DNA of 41,071 bases, from the sequence record OZ035758.1; one strand, 5' to 3'. This DNA is from Kagunavirus LF7074P1. Position 1 is the stretch's first letter. Each line of letters starts with the position of its first letter. A model generated the notes under the pieces. It saw nothing but the letters and a program-made list of their open reading frames with translations. It did no database searches and was not told the DNA's origin. This document shows positions 1 through 8,987 of the stretch, in pieces. A program made the translations under genes and the position numbers.

Positions 1-33
1 GTAACAACGAATATGGGCGAGGTAGAGGAATGA
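1..33 (+). CDS. Probable C-terminal 11 codons of the terminase small subunit ORF that runs off the 3' end of the window (circular permutation)
   Basis: Frame of the open ORF ending at 41071 continues exactly at nt 1 and reaches TGA at 31-33, overlapping TerL ATG at 30-32 (ATGA coupling). Confidence 0.35.
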   Translation, partial: VTTNMGEVEE

Positions 34-1280
34 GTATTCAGCTATCCGCCCCTCAGGCACTGTTCCTGAATTGTGACAATAAATACAAGGCCTACGTCGG
101 TGGCTTCGGCAGCGGCAAGACGTTTGTCGGCTGTCTTGACCTGCTTACATTTATGCTCAAGCACCCCGGTACGCGCCTCGGATACTTCGGCCCGACATAT
201 CCGGCTATCCGTGACATCTTCTACCCGACATTTGAGGAAGCCGCTAACCTGCTCGGCCTCGATGTGCTGGTTAAATCTGGCGACAAAGAAGTCGTGGTTA
301 CTCGCGGTAAGACGGTGCTCGGTACAGTTATCTGCCGTTCTATGGATAACCCAGGCTCGATAGTCGGCTTCAAAATCGCTGCTGCGGTCGTGGATGAGCT
401 TGATGTATTGAGCCGTGAGAAAGCTGAGCTGGCGTGGAACAAAATAGTCGCCCGTATGCGTCTGGTTATCCCCGGCGTAACTAACCACATCTCTGTCACC
501 ACGACACCGGAAGGGTTCAAGTTCGTCTACGCCAAGTTCAAAGAGAACCCGACGCCGAGTTACTCGATGGTGCAGGCTTCTACACACGAGAACGCGCGAT
601 TCCTGCCGCCTGACTACATTAGCTCACTGACCGAGACTTACCCCGCGCAACTGATTAACGCGTACCTGAACGGTGAGTTCGTTAACCTGACATCCGGCAG
701 CGTGTATTATGCGTATGACCGTCGCAAGCACCGCAGCAAAGAGACAATTCAACCGGGCGATACACTGTACATCGGGCAGGACTTCAACGTTACGAAGAAC
801 GCCAGCGCCGTGTATGTGCAACGTAAAGACGGCTGGCACGCGGTGGCAGAACTGAAAGGTCTGTTTGATACGCCGGACACCGTGCGTGTAATTACTGAGA
901 AGTGGAAGTCGCAGGGCCACCGCATAGTCGTTTACCCGGACGCCAGCGGCAAGAACCGCAAGACCAACTCGGCGTCAATCTCAGATATTGCGTTACTCCA
1001 GCAGGCCGGTTTCGATGTTCGCGCTAAATCCGCCAACCCTCCGGTTAAAGACCGTGTTTTAGCCGTGAATACTGCACTGGAAAAAGGTAAGCTGTGGGTT
1101 AATGACCACTTATGCCCCGAGATAGCGAAGACGCTGGAGCAGCAGGCATACGATGATAACGGAGAGCCAGCTAAAGACGGCATCATTGACCATATGGCGG
1201 ATGCTCTCGGCTATCCTGTAGTTTACGAGATGCCGGTGGCTAAACCAGTAATCAACATCCCGGTGACTTTCGCACTTTAA
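30..1280 (+). CDS. terL: Terminase large subunit
   Basis: 416-aa ORF; N-terminal Walker A GGFGSGKT; RBS gaggtagagga upstream of ATG; immediately followed by portal-like ORF. Confidence 0.88.
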   Translation: MSIQLSAPQALFLNCDNKYKAYVGGFGSGKTFVGCLDLLTFMLKHPGTRLGYFGPTYPAIRDIFYPTFEEAANLLGLDVLVKSGDKEVVVTRGKTVLGTVICRSMDNPGSIVGFKIAAAVVDELDVLSREKAELAWNKIVARMRLVIPGVTNHISVTTTPEGFKFVYAKFKENPTPSYSMVQASTHENARFLPPDYISSLTETYPAQLINAYLNGEFVNLTSGSVYYAYDRRKHRSKETIQPGDTLYIGQDFNVTKNASAVYVQRKDGWHAVAELKGLFDTPDTVRVITEKWKSQGHRIVVYPDASGKNRKTNSASISDIALLQQAGFDVRAKSANPPVKDRVLAVNTALEKGKLWVNDHLCPEIAKTLEQQAYDDNGEPAKDGIIDHMADALGYPVVYEMPVAKPVINIPVTFAL

Positions 1281-1291
1281 GAGGACAACAA

Positions 1292-2785
1292 ATGGTTTCC
1301 GCAAACATTAACGCAGGGCAAGGGCAGAACGTTAAAACCCGCCACCGCCAGTACGAAGAGTATTTCCCTAAGTGGCAGAAGGTGCGACATGCGCTTTCTG
1401 GCGACCTGACATCGTATCTACGTGACGTCAGTAAGAACGAGCCGGACCCGGTTTACGGTCTCCAGCGTCAGGCTGAATACGAAGCGGGGGCAATTTGCTA
1501 CAACTTCACCAAGCGAACGCTTTCAGGCATGGTCGGCAGCGTAATGCGCAAAGACCCCGAGATGATTATTCCGTCTCAGATGGAATACCTGACCACTAAC
1601 TGTGACGGGTCGGGCGTTGGCCTGTGGCAGCACGCACAGGATACTCTGTATGAGATTGATGCTGTTGGTCGCGGTGGTTTGCTGGTTGACGCCCCCGCGG
1701 TAGAAGTAGCTACCATGGCAGAGCAAAACGAGGGTTTACTAAACCCAACAATCGCTTTCTACACCGCAGAGAATATCATCAACTGGCGTCTCCAGCGCGT
1801 CGGGTCTGTTAATCGTGTGGTTATGGTTGTATTGCGTGAGGAATACGAGTACACCGATGGCGCGAATGAGTTCCGCCCCAACTACGGCGAGCAATACCGA
1901 GTCCTTGATATTTTCGAAGGCCAGTATCGCCAGCGTCTGTACCGCTTTAACCAGAAAGGTGCACTGACGGAAGGTGGCTATATCGAAATATTCCCGAAAC
2001 TCGGTAATATTCCGGTCGGGGTGATTCCGTTCACGTTCATCGGCGCGGGAAATAACGACTCAACCCCTGACGATGCACCTTTGCTGCCGTTGGCTGAACT
2101 TAATATCGGGCACTACCGCAACAGCGCGGACAATGAGGAGTCCAGCTTCGTCGTAGGCCAGCCTACTCTGTTCATCGCCCCCGGTGAGAACATGAGCATG
2201 GGACAATGGAAAGAAGCCAACCCTCGCGGAGTGCGTATGGGGTCACGTTCTGGCCATAACATCGGTTACGGCGGCAATGCGTTTCTGGTCCAGGCCGGTG
2301 AGAACAACCTAGCCAAGCAGAACATGTTGGATAAAGAGAACCAGGCAATCCAGATTGGTGCACAGCTTATTACCCCGACGCAGCAAATCACCGCGGAATC
2401 GGCACGCCTGCAACGCGGCGCTGATACGTCCGTTATGGCAACAATCGCACGTAACGTAAGCATGGCGTATACCGATGCGTTGCGCTGGGTCGCGGGTATG
2501 CTTGGGCTTAGCGACAGCACTGAAATTGAGTTCAAACTGAACATGGAGTTCTTCCTGCAACCAATGACCGCTCAGGACCGCGCGCAGTGGATGGCGGATA
2601 TTAACGCGGGCCTGTTACCGGCTACCGCTTACTATGCTGCGTTGCGTAAGGCGGGGGTAACTGACTGGACAGACGAGGACATTAAGAACGCTATCGAGGA
2701 TGCGCCTCTGCCATTAGGTGCTGTTGCTCAGGTGGCTGGGGAGATTCCGCAGTCGGCGCAGCAAAAAGACCCCACCCAGCAGTAA
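1292..2785 (+). CDS. Portal protein
   Basis: 497-aa ORF directly downstream of TerL, RBS gagga 6 nt upstream; size and position typical of portal; followed by hairpin terminator. Confidence 0.75.
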   Translation: MVSANINAGQGQNVKTRHRQYEEYFPKWQKVRHALSGDLTSYLRDVSKNEPDPVYGLQRQAEYEAGAICYNFTKRTLSGMVGSVMRKDPEMIIPSQMEYLTTNCDGSGVGLWQHAQDTLYEIDAVGRGGLLVDAPAVEVATMAEQNEGLLNPTIAFYTAENIINWRLQRVGSVNRVVMVVLREEYEYTDGANEFRPNYGEQYRVLDIFEGQYRQRLYRFNQKGALTEGGYIEIFPKLGNIPVGVIPFTFIGAGNNDSTPDDAPLLPLAELNIGHYRNSADNEESSFVVGQPTLFIAPGENMSMGQWKEANPRGVRMGSRSGHNIGYGGNAFLVQAGENNLAKQNMLDKENQAIQIGAQLITPTQQITAESARLQRGADTSVMATIARNVSMAYTDALRWVAGMLGLSDSTEIEFKLNMEFFLQPMTAQDRAQWMADINAGLLPATAYYAALRKAGVTDWTDEDIKNAIEDAPLPLGAVAQVAGEIPQSAQQKDPTQQ

Positions 2786-2795
2786 GTTCACATAT

Positions 2796-2816
2796 AGCCC
2801 CGAAAGGGGCTTTCTT
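2796..2816 (+). terminator. Intrinsic terminator-like hairpin after portal gene
   Basis: agcccc-gaaa-ggggct stem-loop followed by ttctt. Confidence 0.5.
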
Positions 2817-2821
2817 ATAGT

Positions 2822-3898
2822 ATGCTATTAACTTTAGCGCCACAGGGTTTATCTATGAGCTTACTTACATCACTAATCAGCCACCAGATATGGCTGCAAC
2901 GAACCGCATCCGGTGAGGTGAAAGACCTCGCGCCGTTCATTAAGGAGATGCGGGACGAAATCAAACGGCAGGTGCTGCTATTCGGCGACGGCGGTCGCAG
3001 CACTGCGCGACTGAATAAACTGTTACGTGACCTTGAAGAAGCACTGACAGGACTTACTGGTGACTGGCAAACAAAGCTGGCAGAAGACCTCAAGGAACTG
3101 GCGGTGTATGAAGCTGAGTGGAACGTAAAGACCCTGACCGCCAACGTAGATGCGGAATTTGTTACGCCCACCGCCGAACAGGTGTGGGCCGCTGCTGAGT
3201 TTCAGCCATTATCATTGAGTGGCAAGCCAGTTGATTTCACTAAACTGATGTCAGGTTGGGGTGAAACGGAAGTAGCACGTCTTGTAACCGGCGTTAAGAT
3301 GGGCTTTGTACAAGGTCAAACAACACGGCAGATTGTTAAGAATGTAGTAGGCGCCGGTGGGCTGGCTGACATCTCTGAGCGTAACGCCGCTACCGTCATC
3401 CGCACCGCGCTGTCTCACGTGTCCAACGAAGCCCGTAACGAGACGTACCGCCAGAACGACGACATCATCGAGAAGTACGAGTGGGTGTCAACGCTGGACA
3501 GCCGTACCAGTACGATTTGCAGAGCCAGAGACGGAATGACGTGGGAAATTGGTAAAGGGCCGATGCCCCCTGCCCATCCGAACTGCCGGTCGTGCACGGC
3601 TCCGGTAATCAGTTCCGAGTTCGACTTCCTCGATAAAGGCGCAAAACGCGCGGCTAAGGGCGCCGAAGGCGGTACTCAGGTAAGTGCGGACACCACCTAT
3701 TACGAGTTCCTGAAACAACAACCGGCATGGTTTCAGGACCAGGCGCTCGGCCCTGTTCGCGGTAAGATTTTCCGTAACAGCGGTATATCGCCGGAAGAGT
3801 TTCGCGTAATATCTGTAGATGGTTTCGGGAACCCGCTGACGCTTAAGCAGATGGCGGAACTCGATAAACGTGTTGCTGATTATCTGAAAGGGGAATAA
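2822..3898 (+). CDS. Head morphogenesis / minor head protein (SPP1 gp7 / Mu F-like by position and size)
   Basis: 358-aa ORF after portal; start uncertain (ATG 2822 has no RBS; ATG 2856 alternative). Confidence 0.55.
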   Translation: MLLTLAPQGLSMSLLTSLISHQIWLQRTASGEVKDLAPFIKEMRDEIKRQVLLFGDGGRSTARLNKLLRDLEEALTGLTGDWQTKLAEDLKELAVYEAEWNVKTLTANVDAEFVTPTAEQVWAAAEFQPLSLSGKPVDFTKLMSGWGETEVARLVTGVKMGFVQGQTTRQIVKNVVGAGGLADISERNAATVIRTALSHVSNEARNETYRQNDDIIEKYEWVSTLDSRTSTICRARDGMTWEIGKGPMPPAHPNCRSCTAPVISSEFDFLDKGAKRAAKGAEGGTQVSADTTYYEFLKQQPAWFQDQALGPVRGKIFRNSGISPEEFRVISVDGFGNPLTLKQMAELDKRVADYLKGE

Positions 3899-4359
3899 TG
3901 ATGGGCTTTTTCAAAGTAACTGACGTACCGTCTCGTCGCGTAGTCCAGTACGCCCGCGTGTCTGGCTCTGGCGAGAACGTGGTGTTTATTGAAGACGAAA
4001 GTGTACTCGGAACACCAGTGGACGATATGCCGTTTGCGGACAAGACCGGTATTGCGCTGCCAGCGGCAGGTATGCTTTATGAGATTCAGTACCTGGCGGA
4101 TGCTGGTGATGTGTATTTCTCCGTACAACCGCAGGACGCTGAACTGGCAGACGGCAGCGCAAATATCGCTGTCGAAGTTAAGGCGGGCAAAGCACCATAT
4201 GCGCTGACCTGGTACAAAGACGGGAAGGAAGTGGTAAACGCCCCGGAAGAGGCTCTGTCTCTGACGGTTAACGCAGTTGGTGAATACTTCGTTAAAGTCA
4301 CTGATGCCGATGGTATAGAGGCCGTAAGTAAAGCAGCGAAGGTTACTAAGCCAGAATAA
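3898..4359 (+). CDS. Hypothetical protein, possibly Ig-like (beta-sandwich) C-terminal region; candidate head decoration protein
   Basis: 153-aa ORF, start overlaps upstream stop (TAATG); C-terminal alternating hydrophobic beta-strand-like pattern; followed by strong terminator. Confidence 0.4.
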   Translation: MMGFFKVTDVPSRRVVQYARVSGSGENVVFIEDESVLGTPVDDMPFADKTGIALPAAGMLYEIQYLADAGDVYFSVQPQDAELADGSANIAVEVKAGKAPYALTWYKDGKEVVNAPEEALSLTVNAVGEYFVKVTDADGIEAVSKAAKVTKPE

Positions 4360-4364
4360 ACTGA

Positions 4365-4385
4365 AGCCCCGAAAGGGGCTTTTTA
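4365..4385 (+). terminator. Rho-independent terminator
   Basis: agcccc-gaaa-ggggct hairpin followed by TTTTT. Confidence 0.75.
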
Positions 4386-4433
4386 GTGCCTGTGATTATT
4401 CCAGTTATTCCACTCAATTGTAAATGTTGGAAT

Positions 4434-4451
4434 AAACTATTCGAATAGTTT
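4434..4451. repeat. Perfect 18-bp palindrome AAACTATTCGAATAGTTT
   Basis: Read directly; lies in 316-bp intergenic region and is preceded by ATGTTGGAATAA, which recurs at 5207-5218. Confidence 0.8.
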
Positions 4452-4655
4452 ACTTTTCACCAAAAATGTGCTAAGCTCCACCTGAGCTTGTGAAGTATGA
4501 ACAAGCGACCGCGGCGCGGGCAGGTAACGGAGCGGGACGTAAGTCCTGAGTGTAGTTACGCTGACGCGTTCGGAAGGGCCATACTCTATTGCTTGTGTAA
4601 AAAGTAACTGGTTTACTGAGATTACGCCGTTTCTATGTTTAAATGATAAGGACTA

Positions 4656-4681
4656 GCGCCCCGCTTTAAGGCGGGGCTTTA
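4656..4681 (+). terminator. Terminator-like hairpin
   Basis: gccccgc-tttaag-gcggggc stem followed by ttt. Confidence 0.45.
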
Positions 4682-4701
4682 CTTATCGAGAAAGGGGAAA
4701 C

Positions 4702-5088
4702 ATGAATCTTAAAGCAACTGTCGTAGCGGGAGCATGTTTCATCATCCTGGCTTACGCACACGGCATCTACCAGTATCGCAGCGGCTGGAACGGAGGCCGG
4801 GCGAATCTCGTTTCGCAGCAACAGCAGAAAGCACAGGCTGAGTTAGCTAAGAAAACACAACGGCAGCGGCAGGATGAATCGAAGGCCGCCGCCGCTGATA
4901 ACGAAGGCAAGACGAAATCAGAGGTAATCACCCGTGAAGTCGTTAAGTACATTAAAACGCCTGGCCGCAGCGTGTGCACTTTTGACCCTGAGCGCGTGCA
5001 GCTCAAGTCCCGCGCCGTCGCAAACGCCAATTCCATCCCCGGATACGACGATGATGCAGCCGCCGTGCAAACTGGCACTGCCAAGTAA
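4702..5088 (+). CDS. i-spanin (Rz-like)
   Basis: 128 aa; N-terminal transmembrane segment (VVAGACFIILAYAHGIY) followed by charged, Q/A/K-rich predicted coiled coil; contains an overlapping +1-frame lipoprotein ORF. Confidence 0.65.
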   Translation: MNLKATVVAGACFIILAYAHGIYQYRSGWNGGRANLVSQQQQKAQAELAKKTQRQRQDESKAAAADNEGKTKSEVITREVVKYIKTPGRSVCTFDPERVQLKSRAVANANSIPGYDDDAAAVQTGTAK

Positions 5089-5197
5089 CGACGCGGACGA
5101 GGATTTAGCTATTGACGTCCAGAACGCAGAATGTGTACGGCAACTGAGACTTAAAGTGTTCATGTTGCAGGATTACGTGAGGAATATTCTGGAATAG
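4934..5197 (+). CDS. o-spanin (Rz1-like outer-membrane lipoprotein), overlapped with i-spanin
   Basis: GTG start with GAGG 9 nt upstream; signal peptide ending in lipobox LSAC; proline-rich mature region (PAPSQTPIPSP). Confidence 0.65.
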   Translation: MKSLSTLKRLAAACALLTLSACSSSPAPSQTPIPSPDTTMMQPPCKLALPSNDADEDLAIDVQNAECVRQLRLKVFMLQDYVRNILE

Positions 5198-5276
5198 TTG
5201 CCTTGTATGTTGGAATAATTTATTCTTGACATGTAAATCCGGGTGGCCCGGATTCCAACGTCCAGGGGACATACTG

Positions 5277-5903
5277 ATGAGCGAAGAAGTGAAAGACGAA
5301 ACTATCGAACAACAAGAGACTAAGACCACGTTTACCAAAGAAGAAGTTGACGCGCTGGTATCCGGTCTTAAAGCTAACAACGAGAAACTCTTGTCTGAAA
5401 AGAAAGCTGCCGCCGCTGCCGCGAAAGAAGCCGCAGATGCGAAGCTGAAAGCCGAACAGGAACGCGCAAAACAGAACGGCGAACTTGAGGCATTCGAGAA
5501 AACGTTGCGCAGTCAGTATGAGCCAGTACTCGCCGAGAAAGACGGTAAGATTAGCAAAATGGCTGAGCGTATCCTCGGCGCAGAACGTAAATCAGTTATC
5601 AGCCAGTTGTCTGGCATGTTGATTGATGCGAGCGCAGCGGATATTATCGCTATGATGGTCAAGACCGAATTTGACGGCGATGACGTTGTGACCAAGTTCA
5701 CAGGTGCAGATGGTAATGTCATCACCACCGACGCAGAGCAATTTAAAAAGTATCTGCGTGAGCACAAAGCATTTTCGCATCTGATTAAAGCAGATGCAGC
5801 AACCGGCGGCGGGGCTTCCGGTAACAAAAATTCTACTGGCGGGGCCGGTGGTGCGGACGTAATCCAGCAAAAACTTAACGCCAAATACGGCAAACGAGGA
5901 TAA
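5277..5903 (+). CDS. Putative scaffolding protein
   Basis: Acidic, Ala/Lys/Glu-rich helical 208-aa protein immediately upstream of major capsid gene; ATG 5277 with RBS aggggac preferred over in-frame TTG 5226. Confidence 0.5.
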   Translation: MSEEVKDETIEQQETKTTFTKEEVDALVSGLKANNEKLLSEKKAAAAAAKEAADAKLKAEQERAKQNGELEAFEKTLRSQYEPVLAEKDGKISKMAERILGAERKSVISQLSGMLIDASAADIIAMMVKTEFDGDDVVTKFTGADGNVITTDAEQFKKYLREHKAFSHLIKADAATGGGASGNKNSTGGAGGADVIQQKLNAKYGKRG

Positions 5904-5909
5904 CAGAAT

Positions 5910-6878
5910 ATGTCTCTGTCAGATATGAAGGTTTATAACGACGATATCGTCGGTACCACTATCGAACTGCTTGGCCAGAAAACTGACCAGTTTAACGCAG
6001 CCTCCGGTGGCGCAATTGTACTGTCTACCGCTTCATGGCGCGGTGACTTCTCCCGTGAGTCTTTCTTTAACCAGATTGCCTCCGCTAAACGCCGCGTTGA
6101 CCGTTACGCCGATATCGCGTCTCAGGCAGCTACCGCGCTGACTCAGGGCGAGCATGTAGGCGTTAAAGTAGCTGGCGGCTTCGGACCGGTACTGTTCGAG
6201 CCTGCGCAAATGACCTGGCTGAACGAAGACCCGGCGAGCGCGATTCGTGCTATCTCCGAAGGGTTCTCTGACGCACTGTTAGCTGACCAGCTTAACACCG
6301 CTGTTGGTGCCGCCGTTGCCGCGGTATCAGGTCAGACTGCACTGGTTAACGATGTATCCGCGACCGCTGGCTTGACCCTGAACGTGCTGAACAACAGCCA
6401 CGCTAAATTCGGCGACCAGTCTCAGTTGTTGGTCACTGACATCATGACCGGCGCGGCCTACCACACTCTGGTGGACAAAGCGCTGACCAACGCAAACCAG
6501 TTGTTCGTTGCTGGCAACGTTATGGTTGTCGATGTTCTCGGCAAGCGTTACGTAATCTCTGACATTCCTGCGCTGTACGAGGCCGGTACTCCGAACAAGA
6601 CTAAGGTCCTGTCCGTAGTTGCAAACGGCATCATCGTTGATAATGCTTCTGACATTATCAGCAACATTGACACCAGCAACGGTAACACCCGCATCCAGAC
6701 CACCTGGCAGGCGGACTACAGCTTCGGCCTGAAACTGAAAGGCTACAGCTGGGACGTTACCAACGGCGGTAAATCTCCGCTGGACGCAGAACTGTTCACC
6801 GCGACTAACTGGGACAAAGCTGTTGCCGAGAACAAGCACACCCTCGGTACTCTGGCAATCGCCGACGCAGACCTGTAA
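5910..6878 (+). CDS. Major capsid protein
   Basis: 322-aa ORF with strong RBS (cgagga), directly after scaffold-like gene and followed by strong terminator. Confidence 0.7.
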   Translation: MSLSDMKVYNDDIVGTTIELLGQKTDQFNAASGGAIVLSTASWRGDFSRESFFNQIASAKRRVDRYADIASQAATALTQGEHVGVKVAGGFGPVLFEPAQMTWLNEDPASAIRAISEGFSDALLADQLNTAVGAAVAAVSGQTALVNDVSATAGLTLNVLNNSHAKFGDQSQLLVTDIMTGAAYHTLVDKALTNANQLFVAGNVMVVDVLGKRYVISDIPALYEAGTPNKTKVLSVVANGIIVDNASDIISNIDTSNGNTRIQTTWQADYSFGLKLKGYSWDVTNGGKSPLDAELFTATNWDKAVAENKHTLGTLAIADADL

Positions 6879-6895
6879 CACGGTTAGTAGTAAAA

Positions 6896-6920
6896 ACAAA
6901 GGGGCTTCGGCCCCTTTTTA
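6896..6920 (+). terminator. Rho-independent terminator
   Basis: ggggc-ttcg-gcccc hairpin followed by TTTTT. Confidence 0.75.
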
Positions 6921-6935
6921 CTAGGAGAAATTAAA

Positions 6936-7103
6936 GTGGAAATTAAATACGTACCAATGCCAATTACCATCGAGCAGAAGCGCGAGTATAACCGTCAGGG
7001 GTTCCGTGTGGTAGATGCTCGTTTCGCACCAGAAGGCACCGTGGTAGAATCGGCTAAAGAAGAGACACCACGCCGCCAGCGCCGGGCGAAATCAGAGGAA
7101 TAA
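6936..7103 (+). CDS. Small hypothetical protein (55 aa), not in ORF track
   Basis: GTG start 8 nt after AGGAG; basic C-terminus (RRQRRAKSEE); fills gap between terminator and next gene. Confidence 0.3.
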   Translation: MEIKYVPMPITIEQKREYNRQGFRVVDARFAPEGTVVESAKEETPRRQRRAKSEE

Positions 7104-7106
7104 TTT

Positions 7107-7619
7107 ATGCCGCTAATCGTGGAAGATGGGTCGATAGTACCTGATGCCGACAGTTACATTAGTCTGACTGACGCCCGCGCGTTAGCGGCTAATTATGGTC
7201 TGGAGTTACCGGCAGACGATACTGCCGCAGAGGTGGCCTTACGTAACGGTGCTACTTATGTCGGGCTTGCAGAACCGCAGATGTGCGGTCGTCGGGTATC
7301 CGCTGAACAGTCTCTGGCGTATCCACGCACCGGTGTTACGTTGAATGGTTTCCCCGTAGCGAACAATGTCATTCCGAAGCAGGTGATTCTTGCGCAGGTA
7401 ATCGCCGCTGCTACATATGGCGCAGGTACTGAGGTGCGGGCTAACTCTGACGGACGTTCGGTACAGACCGAGCGCGTAGAGGGCGCAGTAACCGTCACCT
7501 ACTTCAATAACGGCAACAGTGGTTCTACAACCGCGATTACCGCCGCTGACGACGCCTTACGCCCGTTACTGTGTGGTGGTCTTAACAATGGCTTCTCGTT
7601 TAATGTGTACCGGGGTTAA
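7107..7619 (+). CDS. Head-tail adaptor/connector-like protein (DnaT-like N-terminal pattern)
   Basis: 170 aa beginning MPLIVEDGSIVPDADSYISLTDA, a pattern recalled from phage head-tail connector proteins; position after capsid gene. Confidence 0.45.
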   Translation: MPLIVEDGSIVPDADSYISLTDARALAANYGLELPADDTAAEVALRNGATYVGLAEPQMCGRRVSAEQSLAYPRTGVTLNGFPVANNVIPKQVILAQVIAAATYGAGTEVRANSDGRSVQTERVEGAVTVTYFNNGNSGSTTAITAADDALRPLLCGGLNNGFSFNVYRG

Positions 7620-7621
7620 AA

Positions 7622-8236
7622 ATGGCGAAGACTAAATCAGAGATGTTCACCCTTATCGGTGCGAACCTCCCCGATAACACCACCGGACTTATTACCCCGG
7701 CAGCATTGCGCGAGGTAATGACGCAGATGGCGGACTCGCCTATTTACGCCACTCCTGGTGTTAAAGAGGTTGAAGTTCTCCGCGCCGCGTCGACAGTAAC
7801 ACAAGCGCCTGCCGCAGTAGCTACGGCATTGCAGGTATCGTTCGGCTCTGCCCAGGGAAGCGCATCTGACCCGGTAATGATTAATGCTGCGGGGCTGGTT
7901 ACGTTCAACACAGCGGGTAACTACGCCGTTCGCATCAAGTTACAGGCGGGCCGTACAGGGGCCAGCGGTACATCTATCCTGCTATCGCGCATCCTCGTCA
8001 ACGGTGCTCAGTACGGCTCACCCGCCGCCACGAAACTGGTAAGCGCCGACGTAACAATACCGATTGAGTCCCGCGTCGTTATTAACCCCACCGCAGGCCA
8101 GACGTTTGCCGTTCAGATTATGCGAGATAGCGCCGGAAGCAGCTACGGCGGCGTGTACCCACAAGCCGCTACCGTAACCGCATGGGGCACAGCACCGTCC
8201 GCGCTACTGGTTATTTCGAGACTGGAGGCAGCGTAA
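7622..8236 (+). CDS. Hypothetical structural protein
   Basis: 204-aa ORF in head-tail joining region; stop overlaps next start (TAATG). Confidence 0.45.
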   Translation: MAKTKSEMFTLIGANLPDNTTGLITPAALREVMTQMADSPIYATPGVKEVEVLRAASTVTQAPAAVATALQVSFGSAQGSASDPVMINAAGLVTFNTAGNYAVRIKLQAGRTGASGTSILLSRILVNGAQYGSPAATKLVSADVTIPIESRVVINPTAGQTFAVQIMRDSAGSSYGGVYPQAATVTAWGTAPSALLVISRLEAA

Positions 8237-8595
8237 TGAGCACCGCTTTCAGTAAACGTATGCAAGGCGTGGGTACGCGCCTGCTAACCAAATTCGGTAG
8301 CACGGTATCTCTGATTCGCGCTGGTTCAAAAGTATGGGATGAAGTTCTCGGTGAGTACGTCTGGTCTGCGGATGAAGTGTTGCCGTTGAAGGCCGTTCCG
8401 GTTCCGGTAAACGCGGGACTGGTAAACGGTACGACGATTCAGGCTGGCGACATGATTGTTAAAGCCGATTACAGCGTCGTTCCGAAGATGGAAGACAAGG
8501 TGCAATTCGGCGGCGAGCAATGGTCCATCGTAGCTATTGAGAAGAAGATGGTTAACGATGACGTCGTGGCGTACTTTATTCAGGTGAGAAAATGA
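8236..8595 (+). CDS. Hypothetical head-tail joining protein
   Basis: ATG 8236 overlaps upstream stop; 119 aa; position. Confidence 0.45.
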   Translation: MSTAFSKRMQGVGTRLLTKFGSTVSLIRAGSKVWDEVLGEYVWSADEVLPLKAVPVPVNAGLVNGTTIQAGDMIVKADYSVVPKMEDKVQFGGEQWSIVAIEKKMVNDDVVAYFIQVRK

Positions 8596-8987
8596 GTTTC
8601 GCGCTCGATGTCTCTAAGTTCGTGGAAAAGGCGAAGAAGAACCCTGAGAAGGTGATGCGTCAGGTGTCTATCAAGCTGTTTTCCGCTATTATAAAGGCGA
8701 GTCCGGTAGACACGGGCCGCTTTCGTATGAACTGGATGGCATCTGGCGGTACTCCTGCTTCCGGGATTACGGACGCTACGGATAAATCAGGAAACACAGC
8801 AACCGGAAACGCTACGAGTTTCGTGCTGAAAGCCGCTGACTGGCATGAGTTCACGCTGACAAATAATCTGCCGTATGCGCAACGGCTGGAGTATGGTTGG
8901 TCGCAACAGGCGCCAGCCGGGGTTGTCAGGACTAATGTGTCTCGCTTCCAGCAACTCATTAACGAAGAAGCCAACAAGGTGAAATGA
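8592..8987 (+). CDS. Neck/tail component, HK97 gp10-like
   Basis: 131 aa containing PVDTGRFRMNW, resembling the conserved DTGxLRxS/NW region of the HK97 gp10 family. Confidence 0.5.
   Translation: MSFALDVSKFVEKAKKNPEKVMRQVSIKLFSAIIKASPVDTGRFRMNWMASGGTPASGITDATDKSGNTATGNATSFVLKAADWHEFTLTNNLPYAQRLEYGWSQQAPAGVVRTNVSRFQQLINEEANKVK

Noticed and set aside
5223-5260. TTGACA box and CCGGGTGGCCCGG hairpin upstream of the scaffold gene as a promoter or terminator
   Set aside because: No acceptable -10 at 16-18 bp spacing and no T tract after the hairpin; function left open and only mentioned in connection with the ATGTTGGAATAA repeat.
5226-5276. TTG start at 5226 for the scaffold gene (track annotation)
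   Set aside because: TTG lies within a TTGACA promoter-like box; ATG 5277 has a proper RBS and gives a sensible N-terminus (MSEEVKDE...).
6327-6899. 190-aa minus-strand ORF antisense to the major capsid gene
   Set aside because: Lies entirely within a well-supported plus-strand gene with RBS and terminator; no RBS of its own; typical antisense artefact.
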